Made by a program: the position numbers and the translations under genes. 64,000 bases of DNA from Acidobacteriota bacterium. Lineage in GTDB: Bacteria; Acidobacteriota; Terriglobia; Terriglobales; Acidobacteriaceae. The notes beneath the pieces are model-generated. The model saw only the letters and a list, made by a program, of their open reading frames with translations, had not been told where the DNA came from and ran no database searches. Location: assembly GCA_021826695.1 (NCBI GenBank), contig JAKAYS010000001.1, positions 7,175 through 71,174 of the forward strand, written 5' to 3'. Positions 30,371 through 39,493 of this stretch are shown in pieces. Every line of letters begins with the position of its first letter. The stretch's first letter is position 1.

Positions 30371-31593
30371 TGCTTTCTGAATTTGTCCCTTTAGGTGAAT
30401 ACCTATCAGTGCGCGAAGAGCAGCCAGATGCCACCGCTGTTCTCGAAGGCACGATTCCCATCGTTGCGAAGGTTCGGTTCGCGGATGGTGCCATAGAACT
30501 CCGACCTACCAACACAACTCAAACAAAACTCATTCTTGTTCGTCCCGGAGATATTTTGATCTCTGGCATTAACGCACTCAAAGGTGCCATCGCGCTATAT
30601 CCATCGAATGCATCAACGGATATTGCGGCAACAATTCACTACAGTGCCTATAGCGTGAACGAAGACGCCGTGTTGCCCGTCTTCATACACGAATATCTCC
30701 GAAGCTCAAGTTTCAGGAAGCGCGCAGTTGCCCAACTCCCTTCAGGGATAAAGACAGAGCTGAAATCGAAGAGGCTACTTCAAATTCGCGTCCCGAAACC
30801 ATCTAAGGAAGAACAAGAGGCCCGTATACGAGCCCTTTTCGCTAAGCGCCGACGAATTGCAGAACTGTATGCAAGGCGTAAGCCGGAAGGTGCCATGATC
30901 CTGGGTCGCCGCGTTACCGTTGCTGCGGAAGCTCGTCGAGCCATTGCATCCCGCCTAGCTGAATTCGAGAGAGACATTTTGGTTGAATACAAGGTCGGCC
31001 GGCTAGAAGACTACTTGGTCTGCAACCTTCGTCACGGCATTTCAACGCCATGCAGCGCAGACGCAGACGGCCCGCCAGTCCTAATGCCATCTTCAACAAC
31101 CGGGTTTGTTCTAGACACGTCTAGAGTGATGTTCGCTGTCTCTAACAGCGACATCCGGGATGATGATTATCTTGAGCCGGGAGATATCATATTCGCGCGT
31201 GGGAATAAGCCGGATCAAGTCGGCAACTGCGGCGTTTATGAAGGAGAGAGCGGTTGTACAACTTTTGCCAATCTGTTCATGCGCTTACGCATCGATCAAA
31301 AGCAATATCTCCCTTGGTTTGCACAATACTGGCTAATGACACCTTGTGTCAGAGAGCATGTGCGAAAGTTTACCAAGGGGACAGGGCCGTCCATTCAGAA
31401 AATCAATGGGCAAGGCGTAAAAGCCATCCCGTTTCCCGATGCAGTACCTCTTGACGTGCAGACTTCGTGGATCAAACATTTGACCAGTTTCCGGCGAATT
31501 TCCTCTCGCGTTGAATTGCTCCAAGTGCTGCAAGCTAAAGAGTTGGAGATTCTTGCTGAGCGAGTCACCGATGAAGCGTTTTCTGGCCTTTAA
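30367..31593 (+). CDS. hsdS: Type I R-M specificity subunit (two target-recognition domains)
   Basis: 408 aa, 4-nt overlap with hsdM. Central coiled conserved region (EEQEARIRALFAKRRRIAEL) and C-terminal ...ERVTDEAFSGL. Confidence 0.8.
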   Translation: MMLSEFVPLGEYLSVREEQPDATAVLEGTIPIVAKVRFADGAIELRPTNTTQTKLILVRPGDILISGINALKGAIALYPSNASTDIAATIHYSAYSVNEDAVLPVFIHEYLRSSSFRKRAVAQLPSGIKTELKSKRLLQIRVPKPSKEEQEARIRALFAKRRRIAELYARRKPEGAMILGRRVTVAAEARRAIASRLAEFERDILVEYKVGRLEDYLVCNLRHGISTPCSADADGPPVLMPSSTTGFVLDTSRVMFAVSNSDIRDDDYLEPGDIIFARGNKPDQVGNCGVYEGESGCTTFANLFMRLRIDQKQYLPWFAQYWLMTPCVREHVRKFTKGTGPSIQKINGQGVKAIPFPDAVPLDVQTSWIKHLTSFRRISSRVELLQVLQAKELEILAERVTDEAFSGL

Positions 31594-31606
31594 TCACATG
31601 CGCTAA

Positions 31607-31681
31607 ACCGGATTCACCGCCGAACTGGACGCCATGCTCCCCGCTATTCTCGACAGGGCGTTCAAAGGAGAGTTGGTATGA
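31607..31681 (+). pseudogene. Orphan hsdS 3-prime-end remnant (24 codons) whose stop overlaps the ATG of the GHKL gene
   Basis: Translates TGFTAELDAMLPAILDRAFKGELV*, the typical HsdS C-terminal tail. An in-frame stop lies immediately upstream at 31604. Confidence 0.7.
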
Positions 31682-33681
31682 GCAATGTCAACGTCAAGCG
31701 GTTGGTCGAGAACATCCGTTCCGGCACCAATGTCTACACGCCGCTGGTCGAACTGGTCGTGAACGCGATTCAGGCCATTGACGCTAAGGGTATACAGAAC
31801 GGCTTGGTCGAAATCGAAGTGCTCCGAAGCCGGCAAACCGATATGATCGACCAGCTTGAGGACGTAGACGGTTTCGTGGTCAAGGACAACGGCATAGGCT
31901 TCACCAAAACCAACCGCGATGCTTTCGACACTCTCTACACCGAACAGAAAATCGCGGACGGCGGCAAGGGTTTTGGCCGCTTCACTTGCCTGAAATACTT
32001 TGACAGGGTGAAGGTATCCAGCACCTTTGCCGAAGGTGATACCTTCTGTGACCGTTCTTTCAGAATGGGCTTGGACAAGGACATCATCATTGACGAAAGG
32101 GAAAGCCAATCTCAGGCGCAGGCGACGGGCGCAATCGTCGAGATTTCCGGTATCAAGTCCGTAAGGTTTCCCGACAAGAAGCTGGAAACCATCAGCCGCG
32201 TCGTGGTGGAACGGCTGCTGCCCTATTTTGTGGACAAGGAGCACCGTTGCCCGCGTGTGGTGATCCGGGAGGCCCACAATCCATCTGATACGGTCTCCTT
32301 AAATGACTATTTGGGCAGGGAGAACAGCCAGATTGTCGAAATGAAGGTGGATCAAGGGGCGTTTTCGCTATCAGCGAACGAGGATGAAAAATCCTTTCAG
32401 GTTCGCGTCTTCAAATTATTCGCGCCGCGAGCGTCGAAAAGCAAGGTTAGCCTTGTCGCGCATAGGCGGGAGGTGACGGACAATCCGCTCCAAACATACA
32501 TTCCCGAATTTGCGGAAGAGTTTTTCGAGCCAGGGCCGGATCAGGATTTGGCGAAAGGTCGAAATTTCGTCATCAAAGCCTATGTTTTCGGCGACTACCT
32601 GAACGACAACGTCTCCCTCGAACGAGGCGAGTTTCGCTTTCAGATCGAAACCGACCTGTTGAACGGCATATCCCAGAACGACATCGAACAGAAAGCTGCC
32701 GAGATTGCGCAGTCGGCGTTGGGCACGGAGATCGCCGACAGGAAGACGCGCAAGCAAGTGCGTATAGACAAGTATGTAACCAATGACGCGCCTTGGCATC
32801 GCATCCTTGCAAAAGAAGTGGATTTCAGCGCCCTACCCATGAGGCCATCAAATCAGGACATCGAACTCCACCTCCAAAGGAAAAAATATGAGAAGGAGAT
32901 AGCGACGCGAACACAGGTGACGGCGCTGCTGAACTCAGAAAACCCGGACGAGCTTGGAGAGAAAATCTCGCAGTTGATCGAGAGCATTTCCGATAACAGC
33001 AAGAACGACCTGATTCATTACGTCTCTATGCGCAAATGTGTCCTGGACCTGTTTTCTAAGTCACTCGAAATCGGAGCAGACGGCAAGCACAAGTCTGAAG
33101 GTGAGGTGCATGACATCATCATGCCGCGCAAAAAGGATTCCGAAGAACTGAACTATGATGCGCACAATCTTTGGATTCTGGACGAGCGGCTGAATTTTAC
33201 GTCCTACATTTCGTCGGACAAACCCCTTCAGTCGTTGGGCGACCGCACGGACATAACCGCCTATAACCGCCGCGTGGCATATCGCGGCGACAATGAGGCC
33301 AGCAACCCCATCACGATTTTTGAGTTCAAGAAGCCCCAACGGGATGATTTTGCCGACCCGTCCTCCAGGGAAGATCCGATTCAGCAGATCATCCGCTACG
33401 TCAATCAAATCCGGGAGGGCAAGTTCAAAACTCCGACCAATCGTGACATCCTCGTCAATGACACAACGCCGTTCTACGGCTATGTCGTCTGTGACTTGAC
33501 CAAAAAGGTCAAAGACTGGCTCCAAAAAGAGAAGAACTTTACTCCGATGCCCGATGGACTTGGATGGTTCAACTGGTTCGGCAACATCAGCCTCTACATG
33601 GAGGTGATTAGCTGGACGAAGCTGCTGCGCGACGCAGAAATGCGGAACAAAATATTCTTCAACAAGCTCGGCATTGATTGA
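31678..33681 (+). CDS. GHKL (Bergerat-fold, MORC/paraMORC-like) ATPase fused to a C-terminal PD-(D/E)xK-like nuclease domain
   Basis: ELVVNAIQAID (N box), VKDNGIGF (DxGxG), GGKGFGRF. C-terminal HDII...LWILDERL...ITIFEFKKP fits D...ExK. Confidence 0.7.
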   Translation: MSNVNVKRLVENIRSGTNVYTPLVELVVNAIQAIDAKGIQNGLVEIEVLRSRQTDMIDQLEDVDGFVVKDNGIGFTKTNRDAFDTLYTEQKIADGGKGFGRFTCLKYFDRVKVSSTFAEGDTFCDRSFRMGLDKDIIIDERESQSQAQATGAIVEISGIKSVRFPDKKLETISRVVVERLLPYFVDKEHRCPRVVIREAHNPSDTVSLNDYLGRENSQIVEMKVDQGAFSLSANEDEKSFQVRVFKLFAPRASKSKVSLVAHRREVTDNPLQTYIPEFAEEFFEPGPDQDLAKGRNFVIKAYVFGDYLNDNVSLERGEFRFQIETDLLNGISQNDIEQKAAEIAQSALGTEIADRKTRKQVRIDKYVTNDAPWHRILAKEVDFSALPMRPSNQDIELHLQRKKYEKEIATRTQVTALLNSENPDELGEKISQLIESISDNSKNDLIHYVSMRKCVLDLFSKSLEIGADGKHKSEGEVHDIIMPRKKDSEELNYDAHNLWILDERLNFTSYISSDKPLQSLGDRTDITAYNRRVAYRGDNEASNPITIFEFKKPQRDDFADPSSREDPIQQIIRYVNQIREGKFKTPTNRDILVNDTTPFYGYVVCDLTKKVKDWLQKEKNFTPMPDGLGWFNWFGNISLYMEVISWTKLLRDAEMRNKIFFNKLGID

Positions 33682-33748
33682 ACGGACCAAAGAGCTGGCG
33701 CAATCAGCACATGAAGGCTCTCGTGCCCGGCAAACGATTATTGTCTGA

Positions 33749-33817
33749 ATGTCTCTGTGCCGTGCTCTGGACATCACTGTTCTCGACAAGGTGTTCAAAG
33801 GGGAGTTGTATGGTTGA
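33749..33817 (+). pseudogene. Second orphan hsdS 3-prime-end remnant
   Basis: Translates MSLCRALDITVLDKVFKGELYG*. Its DNA (33780-33813) is closely similar to 31647-31680. Confidence 0.65.
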
Positions 33818-33884
33818 CGTAGAACAATAAGGAAACTGATCGGGTGCTATCCGACAGCCGCGAATACGAAAGACGGTGGAAGCA

Positions 33885-35660
33885 ATGAAAATCGCACGAT
33901 TGCGAATCCAGAATTTTCGGGGCATCAAGGAAACAACACTTTTGTTCAACGGGCATGTTGTTCTTGTTGGCGATAACAACGTCGGCAAATCTACTATCTT
34001 TGAGGCCATCGACTTGGCACTCGGCCCAGACCGCCTCAGCAGGCATCCGAAAATCGACGAACACGACTTTTATCTTGGCGACTACCTTACGCCCGCAGAG
34101 CAACCCCGCAAGGAAGTCAAAGTCGAGGTTGTCGTTACCGGCCTTACCGATGAACAGCAGAACGTATTCGGTGACGAAATCGAGTGGTGGAATACGACCA
34201 CGAAGGCGCTTCAGGAAGCCCCCGTCGAAGGCATAGATCAGCCTGACGTGTTCGCGTCGATTCGTGTTGTATTCATCGGGTACTATGACCCGGACGATGA
34301 CGACTTCACTGGCGATACATATTTCGCCCGCAGTTATGAAGACGACGAATCCCCGGCAGTCTTCACGAAAAAGAATAAGCAGTTTTGCGGTTTTCTCTAT
34401 CTGCGCTCTCTACGCACAGCCACGCGCGCGCTCAGTCTGGAGCATGGAAGCCTTCTCGACATCATTCTGCGGATAAAGGAAATCAGGCCGCAGATGTGGG
34501 AAAAGACGATTGAACAGTTGGATAAAGTCAATGTCGCGGCAGACCCGGAAATCGGCATCTCCGGTGTGCTTGAAAGCATTGATAAATCGTTGAAGAAGTA
34601 TGTCCCGCGCGAATGGGGCGTTTCGCCCCATCTCAAGGTCTCCAACTTAACGCGCGAAAATCTACGGAAGGTCATTACCGCATTCATTGCGACGGGCGAC
34701 GGTGAGCACGCCGCGCCGTTCTACCGTCAAGGAACGGGCACCCTGAATATGCTCGTTCTCGCCATGCTGTCGCAGATCGCGGAGGACAAGCAAAATGTCA
34801 TCTTTGCAATGGAGGAGCCTGAAACGGCGATTCCTCCGTATGCACAGAAGCGCATCGTCCATGAAGTTCGGAAATTGTCCTCGCAGTCGATTTTCAGTTC
34901 CCACTCGCCTTACATCCTTGAAGAATTCGCGACGGAGGAAATCAGTGTGCTTATGCGAGGCACGGATTGCGTCCTTCAACAGGCCAGCATAGAACTCCCC
35001 GCGAGCGTGAAACCGAAGCGGTATCGCCAGGAATTCAGAACGCGCTTCTGCGAAGCATTGTTATCGCGGCGCGTTTTACTCGCAGAGGGCGCGACCGAGG
35101 CGGCGACCTTTCCGGTGGCGGCACGACGCCTCTCCGAGCTTGCCCCCGATACCTACGCCTCGTTCGAGGCTCTTGGAGTCTGCACCGTTGACGCAGGCGG
35201 CGACGGTCAAATTGCCGACCTTGGCAAACTCTACATCAATTTAGGAAAATCGGTGTACGCCGTTTGCGACCAACAGGAGCCAGCGAGTCAGGCGAAAATT
35301 GAAGCCAGTGTCACGAAGCTGTTCATGCACGGCGAGTCAGACATTGAAAAACTCGTTTTGAAGAATACGACACAGGCGGCATTAGACAGGTTTATCGACG
35401 CCATTCAATGGCCTCCGCATCTAGTGACAGCCTTCCCCAATCCCAAGTCCAATCCGGTAGACGCTTTGGGCAAATTCTTCGAGTGGTCAAAAGGCAACTT
35501 GGGGTTGGCTGAATTTATCGCGCAATGCAATGAAGCCGAAATTCCTGACTGGATTCGGCAAATGTGCCGCGACTTGCGTGACCTGTGCCAGCCGCCAGCA
35601 CCAGACTCGTCACCGGAGAATGAAACAGTCGTGGAGGCTGACCTTGCTGGAACTGTGTGA
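33885..35660 (+). CDS. gajA: Gabija GajA: OLD-family ATPase/TOPRIM endonuclease
   Basis: MKIARLRIQNFRGI, Walker A GDNNVGKST, ABC-like MEEPETAIPP, TOPRIM LLAEGATEAATFP...VDAGGDG. Confidence 0.85.
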   Translation: MKIARLRIQNFRGIKETTLLFNGHVVLVGDNNVGKSTIFEAIDLALGPDRLSRHPKIDEHDFYLGDYLTPAEQPRKEVKVEVVVTGLTDEQQNVFGDEIEWWNTTTKALQEAPVEGIDQPDVFASIRVVFIGYYDPDDDDFTGDTYFARSYEDDESPAVFTKKNKQFCGFLYLRSLRTATRALSLEHGSLLDIILRIKEIRPQMWEKTIEQLDKVNVAADPEIGISGVLESIDKSLKKYVPREWGVSPHLKVSNLTRENLRKVITAFIATGDGEHAAPFYRQGTGTLNMLVLAMLSQIAEDKQNVIFAMEEPETAIPPYAQKRIVHEVRKLSSQSIFSSHSPYILEEFATEEISVLMRGTDCVLQQASIELPASVKPKRYRQEFRTRFCEALLSRRVLLAEGATEAATFPVAARRLSELAPDTYASFEALGVCTVDAGGDGQIADLGKLYINLGKSVYAVCDQQEPASQAKIEASVTKLFMHGESDIEKLVLKNTTQAALDRFIDAIQWPPHLVTAFPNPKSNPVDALGKFFEWSKGNLGLAEFIAQCNEAEIPDWIRQMCRDLRDLCQPPAPDSSPENETVVEADLAGTV

Positions 35661-37512
35661 TGAGCGTAAGACCATCGTGTCCCACACGGGTCACTTGCTC
35701 ATCAAGGGAGGCCCCGGCTCTGGGAAAACGACCATCTCCATTGTGAAAGCGGAGAGCCTTGTCGCCACGCTCAAGCCCGGTCAGCAAGTATTGTTTCTCA
35801 GCTTTGCGCGCGCCACGGTCGCCCGCGTCATCGAAGCCCTCGCCGAGCAGACGAAAGACAACAAAGAAGTCAGGCGACGTATTGAGATCGACACGTACCA
35901 CGCTTTCTTTTGGCGATTGCTCAAAACGCACGGCTATCTCATCGGATTGCCGCGCCGTATGACCATCCTGACACCACCCGAACGGGCGATTGCGCTGACA
36001 CCAATTCGTCACACCTACGGAAGCGCACGGAAGCTCACTGACACGCAAAAAGCCGAGAAGCTGGGAAAGGAAGAAGCCGAGCTGAGCCGGTTGGCTTTCC
36101 AGGAAGGCAAGGTTTGCTTCGATTTATTCTCGGAGCTTGTTGTCGAACTCGTCAGCAAGAGCGAAAAACTGCGAAAACTTGTTTCTACCCGCTATCCAAT
36201 CATCATTCTCGACGAATTTCAGGATACGAGCGCCGGTCAGTGGGCCGTTATGGAGAACCTGGGTAGCGGCAGCACACTGATTGCCCTCGCAGATGAAGAG
36301 CAGCGTATCTACGACTTCGCGGGTGCAGACCCGGAACGTCTGAATCACTTCAAGCAGAAGTTCGACCCGAAAGAATTCAACTTCGGGTCGGCAAACTATC
36401 GGAGCAACGGAACCGACATAGCTCGTTTCGGCAACGATGTTCTGGCGGGCAAGTTCAGCATGAATAAATATGCCGGTATTGGGTTGGTGAAATTTGCCGG
36501 GAATCCCAATCAGGCTATGGCGGCGCTCAAAGGACAAACCCTTCAGACAATCGAACGACTGCGAAAAGCCAAAGTCAAAGATTGGGCTCTCGCCATCCTT
36601 GTTCCCACCAAACAGCTTATGCGTGAAGTGTCTGATGCACTCCGCGAGACACAGGGCACAATGCCGCCGGTAGAGCACAATGCCGCCATTGACATGGAAG
36701 GAGCCATTCTCGCAGCGGAATTGATTGCCTTCCTCTTACAACCACACCAGGGGGAGGCAGATTTCGCGCAGTTTGTCGGCCTGCTCAGTAATTTCTTTCG
36801 AGGCAAAGGCGGCGATGATCCCTCCGCGTCTGATATCGGAGAAGCCCTTGCAATCGAGAAGGCGCTACAGAAGGCCGTGGAGTGCTTACAGAAGGGGAAG
36901 CCGTTACCGAACAACAGCATCATTAGGCTAATGAAAGAGGGGTGCAACCAGTGCGTTGCGCTCGCGCTCACTGGCAATCCCGGTGTGGATTGGTTGGCAA
37001 TTAGAAAAGTGCTCGGTGATTGCGGTTGCAAACGATTGGCCCAGGTGGCAGAAGAAGCCAGAAATGTCAGGTTGCTGGATAAGGGAACACAACTGCGAGA
37101 GAACCTCTCTCTGGATTGGCGCACAAACGGCGCATATAAGAACGCTCTCGAAATTGTCAGACAAGCGTTCGTTCAGGAGCATTTTTCAACATCGGTCCGA
37201 AAGCAATCCGGCGTGATTGTGATGAACATGCACAAGGCGAAAGGAAAGCAGTTCGATGAGGTCATCATTTTCGAGGGATGGCCGAGGCGAGTGCGCGGCC
37301 AAATTGTTGGAAATCCTCATCGCATCGTGCGTGGGAATATGGACGGCGATCTAACGCACGCCACATACAATTTCCGGGTCAGCGTGACGCGGGCGCGGTC
37401 AAGGACGACGATAATGACGCCAGAAAACGATCCATGCATCCTCCTTGTACTTGCTTCAAGGGCGACAAAGGCGGTGGCAGCCCAAGCGGAAAATGGAACG
37501 GATACGGCATGA
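35620..37512 (+). CDS. gajB: Gabija GajB: UvrD/PcrA-like superfamily 1 helicase
   Basis: KGGPGSGKTT, ILDEFQDTS, MNMHKAKGKQFDEV, VSVTRARS. ATG 35620 overlaps the gajA end by 41 nt. Confidence 0.85.
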   Translation: MKQSWRLTLLELCDERKTIVSHTGHLLIKGGPGSGKTTISIVKAESLVATLKPGQQVLFLSFARATVARVIEALAEQTKDNKEVRRRIEIDTYHAFFWRLLKTHGYLIGLPRRMTILTPPERAIALTPIRHTYGSARKLTDTQKAEKLGKEEAELSRLAFQEGKVCFDLFSELVVELVSKSEKLRKLVSTRYPIIILDEFQDTSAGQWAVMENLGSGSTLIALADEEQRIYDFAGADPERLNHFKQKFDPKEFNFGSANYRSNGTDIARFGNDVLAGKFSMNKYAGIGLVKFAGNPNQAMAALKGQTLQTIERLRKAKVKDWALAILVPTKQLMREVSDALRETQGTMPPVEHNAAIDMEGAILAAELIAFLLQPHQGEADFAQFVGLLSNFFRGKGGDDPSASDIGEALAIEKALQKAVECLQKGKPLPNNSIIRLMKEGCNQCVALALTGNPGVDWLAIRKVLGDCGCKRLAQVAEEARNVRLLDKGTQLRENLSLDWRTNGAYKNALEIVRQAFVQEHFSTSVRKQSGVIVMNMHKAKGKQFDEVIIFEGWPRRVRGQIVGNPHRIVRGNMDGDLTHATYNFRVSVTRARSRTTIMTPENDPCILLVLASRATKAVAAQAENGTDTA

Positions 37513-37875
37513 TCGGCCGACGTGCGCGGTGCTACGCACCGGATGGAGGCGTGTCGCGGTAGGGATACGGCTTTCGCCGTACCCCCCGCACAGATCCGTA
37601 CGGGCGGATTTCCCGCATACGGCTCTTACCTCAGGTAGTGACGCGCAGACGGCGCGAAGGATAAACCCGCTGACAAACCTAAAGAAGCGTTTGTGTGGGA
37701 TGAGTCCAAAGGAATTGAGTGACGCAAAGCGCGTTTGTGAGGAAGCAATATCCCGACTGAGATTCCGTGCGTCTCCGGTTCACAAATGCGAGGTACAGAG
37801 AGCACCCATCTCAGTTTGGAAGATCGCGGAGGCCGCGACCCACCTACTCTATACTTGACCGCGTATGGAGCCTCT

Positions 37876-39459
37876 ATGAAGAAGATGGACTACACCATTG
37901 GATTCCAAGCCGGACGTGCGGGACAGAAATGGACGGCCACGGCCTTGACGGATCGAGCGAAGGAGCGGACGCCGGAAGCTGTGGCGTTCGCAGACCGTTC
38001 AGAGGCATTGACATTTCTGAAGGAGTCGCAGGCAGAAGGCTACCGATTTTCCGGCGCGGAGTTGGTGGACCCGGAGCAGAAGCTCGTTAAGAATCGCTAC
38101 TTCGTCATTGGCGGCGACGGACAGCTGACACCCGCCGGTGAGGACAATGGCCCGCGCAATACCGTTTGGGAAGTCGGAGACGTGAAGCCCGGATATGGCA
38201 GGAATGCAGGAACCGAGGCGGTCATAGAAAACATTCTGCAAGGACCCGGCGTGCGAGAAAGGTTTGGTTGCGACCTCGCGTTTCTGCTTCGTGTACACCG
38301 GGTCTTGCCGGGGACTCCCACTGTGCCGCCGATACCACCCTTCGACCCGGCGAAACCGTGTCCATGCGGTCTCCACGGGAAGCCCTACGGTGACTGCTGC
38401 CGCGATAAGGGCATCCATGCACTCGGGAACGAGATGCTGCGGGGAACGGCTCCGAGGATGGTGCCCGGGGCTCTAGCGCAAATTCAGTCCAGCATGATCC
38501 AGGGTGATACCCGGCTTCGGTTCGTCTGGAACACAGTCTGGTACTACCCGCAGCACGAGACGTTCCATCAGTTCCTTGATGCCCTTGTGTTCGGGACACT
38601 CGGCAAGGAGTGGTTTGAGGAGCAACTTCTACTTCCACTCAAGAATCAGAACGCGGTTGTCAAATGGCGCAAGGCGATGGTTGAACTGCTTCGCAGGCCG
38701 GGAGACGCGGACGACGATGTGAGCACGGGCCACACTCTCACTGGCCCGGCAAAAGCTTACCAATGTTTTGGCTACGATTTGTATTGGCTACAGTTGGTTC
38801 ACAAGCTGCCTGATTCCGTCATCAAGAGATTGAAGCATTTTCGAGACTTTCAGGGTGCGCGCTATGAGGTTCTCATCGCTGCCATTTTCGCGCGTGCTGG
38901 ATTTGAAATTGAATGGATCGACGACAACAAGGCATCTGGGAAGCACCCAGAATTTATCGCAACCCACAAAGCTACGGGAAAGAAAGTAGGCGTAGAAACG
39001 AAGAGTCGGCAACGCCCTGGAGCAATGAATTACATCGGTACGGTCTCGCCCGAAACCCATCTCAAGGGCGACGTGGATGACCTGTATAACAAGGCGATTC
39101 AACAAGCGCCCGATGGCGACATACCGTTCCTGATTTTCATTGATCCCAATGTTCCCGACAGCCCACAGAAGGGACTTCCGTCGTACTCGCATATTCCTGT
39201 CGATACGGTTCCCTGGATGAAGCAGATTCGTGACCGCCTCGTCGAGATTTGGAACGCTGCTACGGAAGCTACGCCTGACAGTGCAGTGATGGTCACAAAC
39301 TTTGCGTTTTACTATGGCGACAACGACACTCCTTCTCCTACCGGGATGGGGGCGTTCTTTCCATCGACGAAACCAAGAGTGCCGATCCTCGATGAACCGA
39401 TGGTTGCTGACCTCATTTATTGCATTCAGAGTTACGACACGGTTCCACGGCAGATATAA
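37876..39459 (+). CDS. Hypothetical SEC-C-motif protein with a C-terminal PD-(D/E)xK-like nuclease domain
   Basis: CPCGLHGKPYGDCC (SEC-C-type metal-binding motif). C-terminal ARYEVLIAAIF...HPEFIATHKATGKKVGVETKSR fits E...(P)E...ExK. Confidence 0.55.
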   Translation: MKKMDYTIGFQAGRAGQKWTATALTDRAKERTPEAVAFADRSEALTFLKESQAEGYRFSGAELVDPEQKLVKNRYFVIGGDGQLTPAGEDNGPRNTVWEVGDVKPGYGRNAGTEAVIENILQGPGVRERFGCDLAFLLRVHRVLPGTPTVPPIPPFDPAKPCPCGLHGKPYGDCCRDKGIHALGNEMLRGTAPRMVPGALAQIQSSMIQGDTRLRFVWNTVWYYPQHETFHQFLDALVFGTLGKEWFEEQLLLPLKNQNAVVKWRKAMVELLRRPGDADDDVSTGHTLTGPAKAYQCFGYDLYWLQLVHKLPDSVIKRLKHFRDFQGARYEVLIAAIFARAGFEIEWIDDNKASGKHPEFIATHKATGKKVGVETKSRQRPGAMNYIGTVSPETHLKGDVDDLYNKAIQQAPDGDIPFLIFIDPNVPDSPQKGLPSYSHIPVDTVPWMKQIRDRLVEIWNAATEATPDSAVMVTNFAFYYGDNDTPSPTGMGAFFPSTKPRVPILDEPMVADLIYCIQSYDTVPRQI

Positions 39460-39493
39460 GAACGCTGGCGGGCGCGGGCTCGCCACTCCCAGA

